Source: Promethearchaeota archaeon
GTDB lineage: Archaea > Asgardarchaeota > Lokiarchaeia > Sigyniarchaeales > SOKP01
Direction: 5' to 3'
NCBI GenBank assembly: GCA_030599585.1
Contig: JAUVNS010000001.1
Span: forward strand, 224,001-288,000
Length of the DNA: 64,000 nucleotides
The notes beneath the pieces are model-generated. The model saw only the letters and a program-made list of their open reading frames with translations. It was not told the origin of the DNA and searched no databases. Below, in pieces: positions 40,775-51,402 of the stretch. Numbering within the stretch: the stretch's first letter is position 1; each line of letters begins with the position of its first letter. The translations under genes and the position numbers were made by a program.

Positions 40775-41113
40775 TTAAAGAAGTTTTGTTTCGGTTTTAG
40801 GCGTTGGAGTTTTTATAACCAAGAATCGAAAACTTGCTTCAGATTCGTTTAATAACGTGTGAACGATTTTGGCCGGACTAAAAATTAATTGATCTTTTTT
40901 CACAGTTTCTCTTTCTTTTCCGATCTCGACGATACCTTCACCTTCAAGAACGTAAAAAGTCACGTCTACCGGCGTTATATGCCTTTTGAGAGCTTCACCC
41001 GGCTTTAATTCGATATGTACGATTGTTGCGTGCTCAAAATTCATTAATTTTTTCACAGCTACTTTATGTACGGTGTCCGCAATCTGAACGTCTTTTGTAG
41101 TAATAATTTTCAT
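40775..41113 (-). CDS. Cupin domain protein
   Basis: LKPGE..RH, FYVLEGEG, P...H.L.N. Confidence 0.88.
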   Translation of the reverse strand: MKIITTKDVQIADTVHKVAVKKLMNFEHATIVHIELKPGEALKRHITPVDVTFYVLEGEGIVEIGKERETVKKDQLIFSPAKIVHTLLNESEASFRFLVIKTPTPKTETKLL

Positions 41114-41297
41114 TTTATTTTAACCTAAATTTTCGAGTTATTTTATGATATTCTATATAAATTGATTTACAATATAAGGTTTAAAGTGAACATCTTCGAA
41201 GCGAAACTAATTCATAATCCAATATTTAAAGAATAATTGATAAATGAAGGTTTATTCTAAAACCATTAAAAAAAAAGAAATTTGGGAAGAAAAAATC

Positions 41298-41867
41298 TTA
41301 TTTATGATATTCGATTGTTAGTTGGTTATATAGTTGTAGGTCATAGACTTCAAATGCGTCAGAAATGGAATGGCATCGGATTGTAAAATTATCTAAACCA
41401 TTGCTTTTTACATATACAGAAGACTGAGTTTGATAAGCCGACGAAATCGGATTATCAGTCATCGCAATCCTAACAAAGCTGTGATCGACAACATTATTTC
41501 TTAAAAGACGAACATAATATATCGTCGAAGGTTCAACACTATTCAGGAGTAAGAGAAGTGTAATTTTGTAAAAACCCTCCTCTATTAATTTAAAACTTGT
41601 ATTATTATTGCTTACTTCGATATAATTAGAATTATTAAACTGGTTATTGCCAACTTCAATAAGCCAGGAGTGATCAAATATGTATGGGGCGTATTCTTTA
41701 TTCGTTGCTAAATCATCCCATAATCCTACGAGAATCAGTCCACTATCTGGAGATGTGGTTCCAGGAGTAATAAGTATTTCACTCGTGACGAACATATATC
41801 CGCTTAAACCTAAAGAAGCAATAGCGATGATCCCCAAAAGAAGCATCGCACCTTTTCTTTCACTCAT
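41298..41867 (-). CDS. Membrane-anchored beta-sandwich protein
   Basis: N-terminal anchor, EEGFYKI beta-rich domain. Confidence 0.65.
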   Translation of the reverse strand: MSERKGAMLLLGIIAIASLGLSGYMFVTSEILITPGTTSPDSGLILVGLWDDLATNKEYAPYIFDHSWLIEVGNNQFNNSNYIEVSNNNTSFKLIEEGFYKITLLLLLNSVEPSTIYYVRLLRNNVVDHSFVRIAMTDNPISSAYQTQSSVYVKSNGLDNFTIRCHSISDAFEVYDLQLYNQLTIEYHK

Positions 41868-42053
41868 GTTTTTCTATTCACTTTTTTCTTATTATTTTTA
41901 TATAGATAGTAATAACTATTGCTATTTGTTATTAATAAAGATTTCAACATTCTAAAAATAGAAGCTTCAAGCAAAAGAAAAAAAGAAATTGTTAAACGAG
42001 AATTAATAAAAAAAAAGTGGAAAGTGAAACTTTTCCATAATTGAGAATTTTAT

Positions 42054-44030
42054 CTATAGAATTATGATTGGTGGTGGATCGGGGTCATCAGGTGCTTCTT
42101 GGATAGATACAGATGAATCGAACGAGTATTGTATCCCTGCTCCATTTGTTACTATTATCAAAATGACATGTACACCAAGAGTATCCGGTACAGGAATGTG
42201 TTCGTAAATTTTAGAACCCAATCCTCCTAAATTAGTTTCAAAAACGTACGTGACCTCATCAATTTTAATTGTTACTTCTTCAATCCCCGAGTCTGGATCT
42301 CCGACTTCTACTAACCATTCTCCAGGATCTTCATCTGTTGCTTCCCCAGAGTAATCAAGATAAATTGTTGGCGGGGATATATCTATACCAAATATTGGAT
42401 CAAAGATAATTTCTTTTATTTCCACATAATAGCTAGATTCTTGGTCTCCCTCATAGTCATTGTCGTTATTAATTGAAATAACCTCTATCATGTGAGATCC
42501 AATAGAAGTAGGAGTTATAACTCCTCCAGTTTCCCCAGTATAAGAAATTGATAGTATACCGCCTAGATTTTCATCATGGATCATTTCAAAACCATTAACT
42601 AAAATAAGTACGTCATCAATCCCCGATTCAACATCAGTAATATATACATTCCACCACCCAGGATCGTAATCTGTTCCTGATCCGACATACAAAACTTCTA
42701 TTGTTGGTGGAGTAGTGTCATCGTCCTCTATATGTGTAGTAAGAGTTTCTTCGATCCAAAAATCTCCATATTTGGCTGCTACTTTAATGAAATGGTCACC
42801 TGCCAAAATTGGAAGAGCAAATCTAAAAGACCATGAATGTATTGGTGTTTGAAACTGTTCATGAATTTGTGGAAAAGGATTACTACCCACATAGATCACC
42901 ACTTCCATAAGATGAGCACCAATTACATCCACTAACCAAGCGCCGGTGTCAAAATCCATTCCTGATCCTTCATAAACAATCGAAATTAATGGATAATAAG
43001 GTTCTATTTCTACTGAATCAGCTATGGTTCGTTCTAATCCACTTAAATTCTTAACTTTTACTACAATTGAGTGAGTTCCTAGTTCAATTGGGACAGAAAA
43101 TAGATAATCAATTACAGATGTAATGCCATTAAGATCTTTTTCATATATTTTTATTAACCCATCAACGAAAATTTCAACTTCATCAACCCCGGATTCACTA
43201 TCCTCAATAGAAACGATCCAATCACCTGGGTTGATTTCATTATTTTCACCTTGATACACAATATTAATTATAGGAGCTGTTGTATCTTCTAAAATTTCAA
43301 CCCAATCAGTTTCTGTAGCTATTTCTTGATCCCATTCGTGATCATTATCATCGTTTATCGCAGTTACGACAATCATGTGTGTATTTATTACAAGTGGTAA
43401 TGGGATATCATTATAGGTTAGTGATAAGAGCCCTCCTAAATTCTGATCGTTTATGTAGACAATTCCATTAATTTCTATTAAAACCTCATTAATTCCAGAT
43501 TCAAGATCTTCGATGACTATGTGCCATACCCCTAAATTGGCTAAGTAATGCCCTCCTTCATATATTATTGAAATTGTTGGTGGAGTCTTATCATCATCAT
43601 AAACTGAGAATGGATTAATTTGGTCTAAAATTAGATCACATTCAATAATGAAATTTGCTCTTAAATTGCTACAAGTAACCCAGGCTTGATCATAAACTCC
43701 ATTTCCCCAAGGAATTCCATGTTCGTCTTGCTTTAATCCTGTTAATTTAGGTTTGATATCGTGGAGTAGTTTATTATATGCTTCCTTGAAATTCTCTTCT
43801 TCGATCAATTGCTGTAATTCAGTTAATTTGTTACAAATAGTTGATTTCCTGTTTTGAGCTGGTTTTTTCCAAGAATCTTCAGGGGAGTTACGAATCGTCT
43901 CCTTAAATTCTTCTATAGTAAAAGTGAAATCGTCCGTCGTTGCTTTTCCGAATGTTATGAATGAGCCAAATACAAAAATAGTTAAAATTGCTAAAAGAAT
44001 GTAACTTTCCTTATTTACTCTTGTTTTCAT
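42054..44030 (-). CDS. Secreted protein with about five Ig-like repeats
   Basis: Signal peptide; repeats D.T.P.I.I.Y.G....PG.W.V.I.D.ESGI.EV. Confidence 0.8.
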   Translation of the reverse strand: MKTRVNKESYILLAILTIFVFGSFITFGKATTDDFTFTIEEFKETIRNSPEDSWKKPAQNRKSTICNKLTELQQLIEEENFKEAYNKLLHDIKPKLTGLKQDEHGIPWGNGVYDQAWVTCSNLRANFIIECDLILDQINPFSVYDDDKTPPTISIIYEGGHYLANLGVWHIVIEDLESGINEVLIEINGIVYINDQNLGGLLSLTYNDIPLPLVINTHMIVVTAINDDNDHEWDQEIATETDWVEILEDTTAPIINIVYQGENNEINPGDWIVSIEDSESGVDEVEIFVDGLIKIYEKDLNGITSVIDYLFSVPIELGTHSIVVKVKNLSGLERTIADSVEIEPYYPLISIVYEGSGMDFDTGAWLVDVIGAHLMEVVIYVGSNPFPQIHEQFQTPIHSWSFRFALPILAGDHFIKVAAKYGDFWIEETLTTHIEDDDTTPPTIEVLYVGSGTDYDPGWWNVYITDVESGIDDVLILVNGFEMIHDENLGGILSISYTGETGGVITPTSIGSHMIEVISINNDNDYEGDQESSYYVEIKEIIFDPIFGIDISPPTIYLDYSGEATDEDPGEWLVEVGDPDSGIEEVTIKIDEVTYVFETNLGGLGSKIYEHIPVPDTLGVHVILIIVTNGAGIQYSFDSSVSIQEAPDDPDPPPIIIL

Positions 44031-44231
44031 TTTAATTTCGCCTAAAATTTATGTTAGATTATGAATAATTATCACAAACTATTATTTAACATTTTTGTTA
44101 AAAAACGAGCGATATATTAATTAGAAAGGATAAAAATTGTTTTTGAAATTATGGAATCGGGTTGTTTAAAGAATTATTCATAAATAGTCAATCCAAGTTA
44201 TATGAAGAGAGTAAAAAAAAAGAAAAAAAAT

Positions 44232-44738
44232 TTAGGGTGTTGGCAAAGATGCAAGTACGCTTGTATATGCACTTAGGAACAAAACTGCTAACCCAGTAAG
44301 AACATTCAACATTAATGTGAGCATATTGAGCGTCTGATTCTGTTTTGGAGTGAATTTTTTAACTCTATCCACAATTAAACTGCGGAACACACTTAAAGTT
44401 ATCATAACAAAGTATAATATGTGTTTGATACTCAAGAGAGTCGAATATTCCGTTCCAAAGCTCAAGAAGCCCGTATACAAACCAGATGCCGCGGCTTGTC
44501 TTGCCATAAAGAACCCGGTAATTATCAAACCAGCCATACTAATGTAGGTTAACAAACTAAGCTTTTTCTTTATCAAAGCATTTAACGCTTTAGTTTCTTT
44601 GGATTTACCAAGAATTTTCCTGACTGCAGGTAAAACGGAAAATGCGAGCGCCAACATGCCTCCAATCCACATCGCAGTAAATGTACTGTGGAGGAAGGAA
44701 ATCAACACTGGAGCTATTACAGCACTTATAGGAACCAT
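44232..44738 (-). CDS. CopD-like membrane protein
   Basis: FLH...AMWIGG, ITG, LSIKH. Confidence 0.7.
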   Translation of the reverse strand: MVPISAVIAPVLISFLHSTFTAMWIGGMLALAFSVLPAVRKILGKSKETKALNALIKKKLSLLTYISMAGLIITGFFMARQAAASGLYTGFLSFGTEYSTLLSIKHILYFVMITLSVFRSLIVDRVKKFTPKQNQTLNMLTLMLNVLTGLAVLFLSAYTSVLASLPTP

Positions 44739-44950
44739 AATGATCGTTTAATATTTTATTTTTATTTTAATTGATATTTAATTAACTAAAATTAATCAAC
44801 TCATAATTTTGTTTTCCTTTACGGGTAAAGTTTTTTTGAAAACGACTTTTTTGGTATAAATACTTTAGCTTACCAGTAAAGGGATAAATTTGACTTCAAT
44901 TACTTATTCAAATTTATTACCTAAACTACAAATAAATAGAGATTCTCAAG

Positions 44951-45790
44951 ATGATTTTTCAACACGGAATAGACTTTACTCACGGCTCAACACTTCCCAT
45001 GTTTTTATTGTGGATAGTTGTATTTGTCGTAGCCTTACTTCTAATAAATAAAGGCAAATTGAATAAAACATACAGCTTAATTATTTATACAGTAGTAGTC
45101 GTTCTTGGAGGCGTTATCCTAGGTAGTGTTCCTAATTTGAATTTATCAATTCAAACTCTCCTTCCTGCTATTGGAGTGGGTGCTCCCTTTAATGTTATGC
45201 TCCCTCTGATAATAGTTTTGCTTTTATTGTTACTCACTGTTTTCTTATTTGGACGCATACTTTGTGGTTTTGCTTGCCCAGTGGGGGCACTACAAGAATT
45301 GATTTCACAAATTAACTTTAAGTCAAATATCAAAAAACAGAAGAATGTAAAATATAAAATTGATATCTCACTTAAAACCGCCACTATTATTCGGTGGATT
45401 TTCTTTGGAGTTATAACCGTATTAGCAATTGTTTGGAGCTTTTCATTACTACAAATAATCAACCCTTTCGCAGGTTTTAATATTTTTACAAACCCTCTTG
45501 CTCCTCTGTTTTTGATTCCTGGAATTACTTTAATAACAGTAATAATTGCGAGTTTTTTTATATATCGGCCTTGGTGCAGACTTTTCTGTCCATTTGGAGC
45601 TTTGACTTCCTTGGTAGGTCGTTTTACTCGATATAAATACGTAAGAACAGAAGACTGCAATGACTGTGGATTGTGTGAAACAATTTGTCCTACTCATCAA
45701 GCCGAACGAGATAGTAAAAAGCGAGAATGTTATTATTGTAATAGATGCGTTACCGTTTGTCCTCAGAACGCGATCAAACTTGGAAAATAA
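44951..45790 (+). CDS. NapH/MauN-like membrane polyferredoxin
   Basis: GRILCGFACPVG, RPWCRLFCPFG, two CxxCxxCxxxCP. Confidence 0.88.
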   Translation: MIFQHGIDFTHGSTLPMFLLWIVVFVVALLLINKGKLNKTYSLIIYTVVVVLGGVILGSVPNLNLSIQTLLPAIGVGAPFNVMLPLIIVLLLLLLTVFLFGRILCGFACPVGALQELISQINFKSNIKKQKNVKYKIDISLKTATIIRWIFFGVITVLAIVWSFSLLQIINPFAGFNIFTNPLAPLFLIPGITLITVIIASFFIYRPWCRLFCPFGALTSLVGRFTRYKYVRTEDCNDCGLCETICPTHQAERDSKKRECYYCNRCVTVCPQNAIKLGK

Positions 45791-45951
45791 TTGAATTCAA
45801 CTTTTTTTGATCTTTTTTTTCATTTCTATTTATAAATATTTGGGTTATCTGTTTATCCATGCCTTTGATACAAACAAGCTATTTTTGAATTAATTCTTTA
45901 TAGAAATTCTTTATTATTATGAGTATATATCGTTAGAAGATCGGTAATAGC

Positions 45952-46083
45952 ATGAAAAAATTAGCAGAACAACTAAAAAAAATTGATTTAGAACTACCTA
46001 AATGGACCCGAGAAGTTCTTTTTGAACATTTAGTGGAAGTGTGCAAAGATATTAAACAAAATGGAGAATTAAAAAGAGCCTAG
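45952..46083 (+). CDS. Possible 43-aa protein
   Basis: MKKLAEQLKKIDLELPKWTREVLFEHLVEVCKDIKQNGELKRA read by hand, followed by a T-rich tract. Confidence 0.4.
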   Translation: MKKLAEQLKKIDLELPKWTREVLFEHLVEVCKDIKQNGELKRA

Positions 46084-46180
46084 CACTATTTTCATCTTTC
46101 TTTTTCCAATTTCGTTAGAAGAGTTAGAATTTTTTATCTTATTTATTAAATTATAAAAATCAAATCTTTTCCGAATCTAT

Positions 46181-46666
46181 TCATTCTGTGATTTCTATAA
46201 ATTTCCATCGTGTTGGGGTTCTTGCATAATCGTTCATATCCCAACAAAAAACTTTGGTTTTGTTTACCCGATAAAATGGAGGAGGATGATCTAAATTGTA
46301 TTTTCTCATATAATCCAATTTAATCTCCTTAATAACATTTTCATTTTTTTCAATTGAAACTTTCCCTTCTATTATAACAACCTTCGTCCCACTTTCTGAG
46401 TGAACAACAATATGGGGATTTTCAGCTAAATTTTTACGATTTTGTGTTTCTGAACCTCCCCCAAAATAAAAAATATCATTAATCCAGGATCCCCATATAG
46501 GAATTGCGTGCGGATGATTATCTGATTTTGTAGTACTTAACCAATAATTTTTTGCATCCTTCATCTCATTTTGTACAAAATCCCAAGCTAATAATCCGTT
46601 ATCTGATTCTTCTATACCATAATCAGCTATATATGGACGATCACGTAATTTTTTTTGCTTCATCAT
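46181..46666 (-). CDS. Pyridoxamine 5'-phosphate oxidase-like (split barrel flavin/F420-binding) protein
   Basis: YWLSTT..D..PHAIPIW, NLAENP, VVIIEG, PTRW. Confidence 0.82.
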   Translation of the reverse strand: MMKQKKLRDRPYIADYGIEESDNGLLAWDFVQNEMKDAKNYWLSTTKSDNHPHAIPIWGSWINDIFYFGGGSETQNRKNLAENPHIVVHSESGTKVVIIEGKVSIEKNENVIKEIKLDYMRKYNLDHPPPFYRVNKTKVFCWDMNDYARTPTRWKFIEITE

Positions 46667-46772
46667 TTAACTCGTGGTTTTTCTGTAATTTTAGTTTTAT
46701 CCTTTACTATCTTCATAGTATTCATAGTAATCTAAAACATTAGTCATCACTGAGTTTTGCATTCACTCCATT

Positions 46773-46787
46773 TTTTTTCTTTATAAG
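46773..46787 (+). promoter_or_regulatory. Pyrimidine-BRE/TATA element
   Basis: TTTTTTCTTTATAAG upstream of radA; divergent region. Confidence 0.7.
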
Positions 46788-46840
46788 TAAAAGAATTCAA
46801 TGTGATATAATCTCAAATTACAAATAGGAGTTGATAGTAA

Positions 46841-48082
46841 AAAATTTCAGACTTAGACCAAGTAAAGTCGATCAACGCTCGGCAAATTAAACTCCTTCAA
46901 GAAAGTGGAATTAGCACGGCAGAAGCGCTGGCTATGTCGCCACATAATATCATATCGGAGATTGATGGATTAGGCGATAAGACAGCGAAGAAATTAATTT
47001 GGAACGCCCGAAATGCTCTTGGGATGACCGAGTTCATAACAGCAGAAGACATAGACGAGAACACCGAGTATATTACTACCGGTTCTTCTGAGCTAAATAG
47101 AATATTGGGCGGTGGATTCCAAACAGGAAAACTCACCGAGGTATACGGTCCGTTTAAAAGCGGAAAAACTAATTTAGCTCACACGATTGCTGTGACCATT
47201 CAACTTTCGAAGAAACAAGGGGGTCTTGGATCTGCTGTCGCTTACATTGATACTGAAAATACTTTTGCGAAAGAAAAAATTAAAAGAATCGCGAAGAGAT
47301 TTGGACTCGATCCAAAAAAGGTTCTCTCGCAAATCTTTCACGCTAGGATTTATTCAAGTGACCACCAAATGCAAATGATTCAAAAAGCAGAGACCTTATG
47401 TAAGACTAGGAATGTGCGGTTGATCGTAGTAGATAGTTTAATGGCGCTAATGAGGGTAGAATACATTGGAATTGGAATGCTAGCTCGTCGTCAGGGCGTT
47501 CTCAATAACATGATACACGGCCTTTCTCGAATCGCGGAAACCTATAACTGCGCTATTCTTCTTACAAATCAAGTTTCAGTTAGCATGAAAGGAATGTTCT
47601 CTGCTAACGATGCTATTGGCGGAAATATCGTCGCACACGGATGTCATTTTAGGGTCATGTTTAAGACAAAAGGTTTTTCTTCCAATAACTCGTTAAAACG
47701 GAGAGCGATAATAGTTGATGCCCCTGACTTACCACCAGAAGAAGCGGAGTTTTATATTACGAGCGTAGGCATTGCTGACACCGAAAAAGGAGAAGTTCCC
47801 GAAGCAAAAGGGTTAGATTTCGAAGTAGAAGCGCTATACGAAGAAGAGGAAATTCAAGAAGTCGGAATTACTGAGGATGCGACTAACTCAGGAGAATATT
47901 CCTTAATCGATGTGAAAGGAATCGGGGGTGGCACTGCAAAAAACCTTATTAAAAACGGTGTTGCTTCAGTTGATGACTTACTTAATTCCGATCCAGAAAC
48001 ACTCGCTACTAAAATCAGCGGAATCTCTTCTAAAATGATTAATGAATGGCAAACGAACGCAAAAGCTCTTTTAAGCGCTTAA
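46841..48082 (+). CDS. radA: RadA recombinase (paralog) with extra C-terminal HhH domain; true start uncertain
   Basis: ITTGS..LNRILGGG, GPFKSGKT, YIDTENTF, IVVDSL, TNQV, GGNIVAH; frame open from 46841 (first ATG 46934). Confidence 0.88.
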   Translation, partial: KISDLDQVKSINARQIKLLQESGISTAEALAMSPHNIISEIDGLGDKTAKKLIWNARNALGMTEFITAEDIDENTEYITTGSSELNRILGGGFQTGKLTEVYGPFKSGKTNLAHTIAVTIQLSKKQGGLGSAVAYIDTENTFAKEKIKRIAKRFGLDPKKVLSQIFHARIYSSDHQMQMIQKAETLCKTRNVRLIVVDSLMALMRVEYIGIGMLARRQGVLNNMIHGLSRIAETYNCAILLTNQVSVSMKGMFSANDAIGGNIVAHGCHFRVMFKTKGFSSNNSLKRRAIIVDAPDLPPEEAEFYITSVGIADTEKGEVPEAKGLDFEVEALYEEEEIQEVGITEDATNSGEYSLIDVKGIGGGTAKNLIKNGVASVDDLLNSDPETLATKISGISSKMINEWQTNAKALLSA

Positions 48083-48206
48083 ATTTTACTCTTTTTTTTT
48101 TATTGTTTTATTTGTTTTCTTTTTTAACAGTAATCTAATTCAAAATCAAATTATTTGCCACTGCAAAGAAAAGCAACATTACCTCGTTTTTGTTTAGTCA
48201 TCTTAC

Positions 48207-48388
48207 TTAACCAACTCCATAAAAGTTCTCCAAAACAAAAATAACACAGGCGATAATTATCATAATTACGATACAGAATTTAGCGCAATTATTCAAATCT
48301 CTCCATTCTTCTATTAACCTCATAACAATTTCACCACTCCTCGTCTTTTATCTTCTTCATATTCTAAAGGTCTTACTTGATTTACCAT
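48207..48388 (-). pseudogene. Split/degenerate tandem copy of the 48418 gene
   Basis: MVNQVRPLEYEED (48320-48388) matches MVKQVKPLEYEED; overlapping 38-aa ORF (48207-48323) carries the Cys + TM part. Confidence 0.5.
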
Positions 48389-48417
48389 TCCATTTCTCAT
48401 CCCCTTCAAATATTATA

Positions 48418-48657
48418 TTATCCATGCAATACTAAAAATAATAACTGCGGAGAGAGTAGTATCACGATTAATATGATTATACCGATTATAAGGAAACATA
48501 AACATTCTTGATTACCAGTTTTCTCATACCACTGTTTACTTCCTGGAGTTTTACTGCGTTCTTCTACTACTGGTTTATATTCCACTCTTTCCTTTTTTTC
48601 TTCTACTCTTGTGTATCCATCTTCCTCATACTCTAAAGGTTTTACTTGTTTTACCAT
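48418..48657 (-). CDS. Small tail-anchored membrane protein
   Basis: Charged N-terminus, CLC, C-terminal TM; GAGG upstream. Confidence 0.65.
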   Translation of the reverse strand: MVKQVKPLEYEEDGYTRVEEKKERVEYKPVVEERSKTPGSKQWYEKTGNQECLCFLIIGIIILIVILLSPQLLFLVLHG

Positions 48658-48803
48658 TATATCGGCCTCTTTTACTTGTTTTTAAGCAACTAATAAATAG
48701 TATTCATTATATGAATCAACTATAGTTGTAATTGATATATAAAGCTTATACTAAAATTAACGAGTAAATTCCTATTTTTACCGGTTATTTTTTTCCATAT
48801 CTC

Positions 48804-49514
48804 TCATTCTGGCCATTGAAATTCGTTTAATATTGTAAGGAGTTTATCTCCAATATTATCTTTTTTAGATATGTTAATAGTTATTTTTGTTTTTTGAGGT
48901 ACAAGGTAACTTAATTTTTTTATTTTTGAACCAGTTGTGAACCGGATTAATTTATAAAGATTTTTAATTGGAATCGAGTATCCATAACATGATTTTGAAC
49001 TCGATATATAATGTTTCAAAGCTTTCTTGGGATTCTTAGTGGAACCACCGCCAAATTCTAAAATTGCTTGTCCTGTGGATAAGTCAAGATCAAAGCCTAA
49101 TTTTCCTTGAGCAATTATTCGACGATTAGTTACATAAAAGGTTCCATTAATTATCCTAATAACATACTTTTTGGGGACTTTTAGTTTTAATGTCCCATAA
49201 AATTCATGTTTTATCTGTTCTCCTTCATCTAGGCAGAACTTCTCCAAAATATATTTATCCATTACTCGCATTCCTTCGTTTCTATAAATCTTACCAAATT
49301 TACGCCTTATTTTTGGATAAATCTTTAACATGAAAAACGCAGGTGCTTGTTGATAAATATCTCCTATTACATCGAAAAATTCAAAATCAGAAAGAGAGTT
49401 ATCAATGTGCAAATCAAATAAATTATTACACAATTCTGACACATTTCTCTTTTCAAGAGCTTTCTCAATCCTAATTATATACTGATTTGATGTATTTTTT
49501 TCAATAATCGTCAT
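48804..49514 (-). CDS. Hypothetical protein, possible PH/GRAM-like domain
   Basis: LDEGEQI...GTFYVTNRRIIAQG. Confidence 0.6.
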   Translation of the reverse strand: MTIIEKNTSNQYIIRIEKALEKRNVSELCNNLFDLHIDNSLSDFEFFDVIGDIYQQAPAFFMLKIYPKIRRKFGKIYRNEGMRVMDKYILEKFCLDEGEQIKHEFYGTLKLKVPKKYVIRIINGTFYVTNRRIIAQGKLGFDLDLSTGQAILEFGGGSTKNPKKALKHYISSSKSCYGYSIPIKNLYKLIRFTTGSKIKKLSYLVPQKTKITINISKKDNIGDKLLTILNEFQWPE

Positions 49515-49651
49515 TTTTTTTTATATGGATTAATTATTGTTGAATGTGGAATATAAAGGTTGTACTGAAAATAACGAGTAATTTCATCTTTTTACTGGTA
49601 ATTTCTATATTAAACAAAATTTCATGTCGATTAAAAAAAAGGTTTGAGATC

Positions 49652-50263
49652 TTAAATCAGTGGAAACGAAAGCCACGGGACAATGAGTACAGCCAGCCAA
49701 GAAAGAATGTAGAAAATCCCTGCTAAGACAAAGAATTTATCCTTGAATTTTATTCCATGCACTATCGTTAAAATAGTTGCGGGAATTGACAGATATGATA
49801 ACATCGCTATTGATAAAAGCATCGACATACCGAATAGTAAGGCTATGAATCCAATAGCATATCCGAGGAATGCAATTAACCATAAAATTCCTGATGCGAT
49901 TAAAATCTCCCCATAAGTTTCCTTATTCCGTTTTCCGAGCAAAATTAAAGAAACTCCAAAACAGACTAGCATTGGGATTTGAGATATTATTGTAATTGTT
50001 GTTCCATATATCCTGGCAATTAAAATTTCAGAAGGAGTACACGAACTACAGATTAACGTGGGAAAAGCTATGACAAGAATAGTTAATATTATTCCGATAA
50101 TACCCGCATTCCTCAAAAGCTGAGAAGATTTATTATCTCGAGGTTGATTTCTTGAAGAAAATATAAACATCAAGTAGGCAAGTACGAGAAAAATCCCTTC
50201 AAATAAATCCATAAAGAAGAACATACCAAAAAAATATCCAAAAGTTATTGTCATGGTTTTCAA
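49652..50263 (-). CDS. Multi-pass membrane protein
   Basis: About 6 hydrophobic segments. Confidence 0.7.
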   Translation of the reverse strand: MKTMTITFGYFFGMFFFMDLFEGIFLVLAYLMFIFSSRNQPRDNKSSQLLRNAGIIGIILTILVIAFPTLICSSCTPSEILIARIYGTTITIISQIPMLVCFGVSLILLGKRNKETYGEILIASGILWLIAFLGYAIGFIALLFGMSMLLSIAMLSYLSIPATILTIVHGIKFKDKFFVLAGIFYILSWLAVLIVPWLSFPLI

Positions 50264-50364
50264 CTTAATTTTTTGTCAATACTGTTCTAATTATTAAAAT
50301 AGAATTATAATATATAAATAAATTATAGAGATGAGAGAAAGAGGAAAAAAAAAGAAAAATGAAT

Positions 50365-51402
50365 TTAATTTGTGCGTAAGCTAACAGAGTCTTTTTTCCG
50401 CCTGACCGCCCCAAAAACTACCAATATAGCCAATAATCCTCCGGCAGAAAGTCCGAAAACAAGCGTCCACTCCATCGGCACGTAAAAATATCCGCTTATA
50501 GTTTCATTAGTAAGTGGTTCCGGTTCAGGGTCGGTTCCGTTGTTAATAGTGCTAATTTGATAATCTTCCGCGATAGCGTAGGCAATGTTTACTACATCAA
50601 CTTGGCAGTAAATCCGAATTTTAACCGTGTAAATTCCTTCCATTGCGGTTCCGAAATCGAAGTGCACTATCGTTCCAACGCTCCCTACTGTTTTGTTTTG
50701 GTAGATCGTAAACTCAAGCCCTTCAGGATCGGTCACATCGTAATATACTCTAACTTCGTTTTCAACAGTTAACCCTCCAATTGCCGAAACTCTTCCGAGG
50801 TAAAATTTGTAGGATTTATCGGTTTTAAGAACGGTGTTATGCTCAACTACCATCCCGTTGGTGAATTTGTTCACTTGATATAATTTCATTTGTTCTAAAA
50901 ATTTTGGTGATATCACGTCGTACAAGCATTTTACTTCCGGGTCAAATGATATTTTTATATGCAAGTTTAATGTAAGTGCACAGGCAACAGAGACGATGAA
51001 TGTGTAGTTTCCAGCGATCGCTGTTCCGAACGGAATTTCGAACCAATCGTCGCTTTGAGAAATGTTAACCTCTGTTTTGAATATTTCGTACACATCCAAA
51101 ATGGGATCGATGATAGTGACGTTGATTTCGCAGTCGTGAGGAGTAACGATCTCAAGTAACACGTAATAATTGACTTTTTCGAGCAAATAAAAGTTTTCAA
51201 ACCTCAATGTGTCGTTAGGAGCTAGAAAAGTAAACACTTTGTCCACTAAATCTTGTTCAGAACTTGTCTTTGGGTTGTATGTTTGATTCGTCACACCTAA
51301 CACCGGGCGAGGATAAGTAGACAGAACGCCAAAAATAGCAAGGCCAGTGATGATCGAAATAACAAAGAGGGGTTTTCTAATTCTTTGCGTATTAATAGCC
51401 AT
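50365..51402 (-). CDS. Surface protein with two beta-sandwich repeats and C-terminal anchor
   Basis: Signal anchor; FGTAIAGNYTF / FGTAMEGIYTV repeats; DPEPEP linker; TM and RRKK. Confidence 0.75.
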   Translation of the reverse strand: MAINTQRIRKPLFVISIITGLAIFGVLSTYPRPVLGVTNQTYNPKTSSEQDLVDKVFTFLAPNDTLRFENFYLLEKVNYYVLLEIVTPHDCEINVTIIDPILDVYEIFKTEVNISQSDDWFEIPFGTAIAGNYTFIVSVACALTLNLHIKISFDPEVKCLYDVISPKFLEQMKLYQVNKFTNGMVVEHNTVLKTDKSYKFYLGRVSAIGGLTVENEVRVYYDVTDPEGLEFTIYQNKTVGSVGTIVHFDFGTAMEGIYTVKIRIYCQVDVVNIAYAIAEDYQISTINNGTDPEPEPLTNETISGYFYVPMEWTLVFGLSAGGLLAILVVFGAVRRKKDSVSLRTN

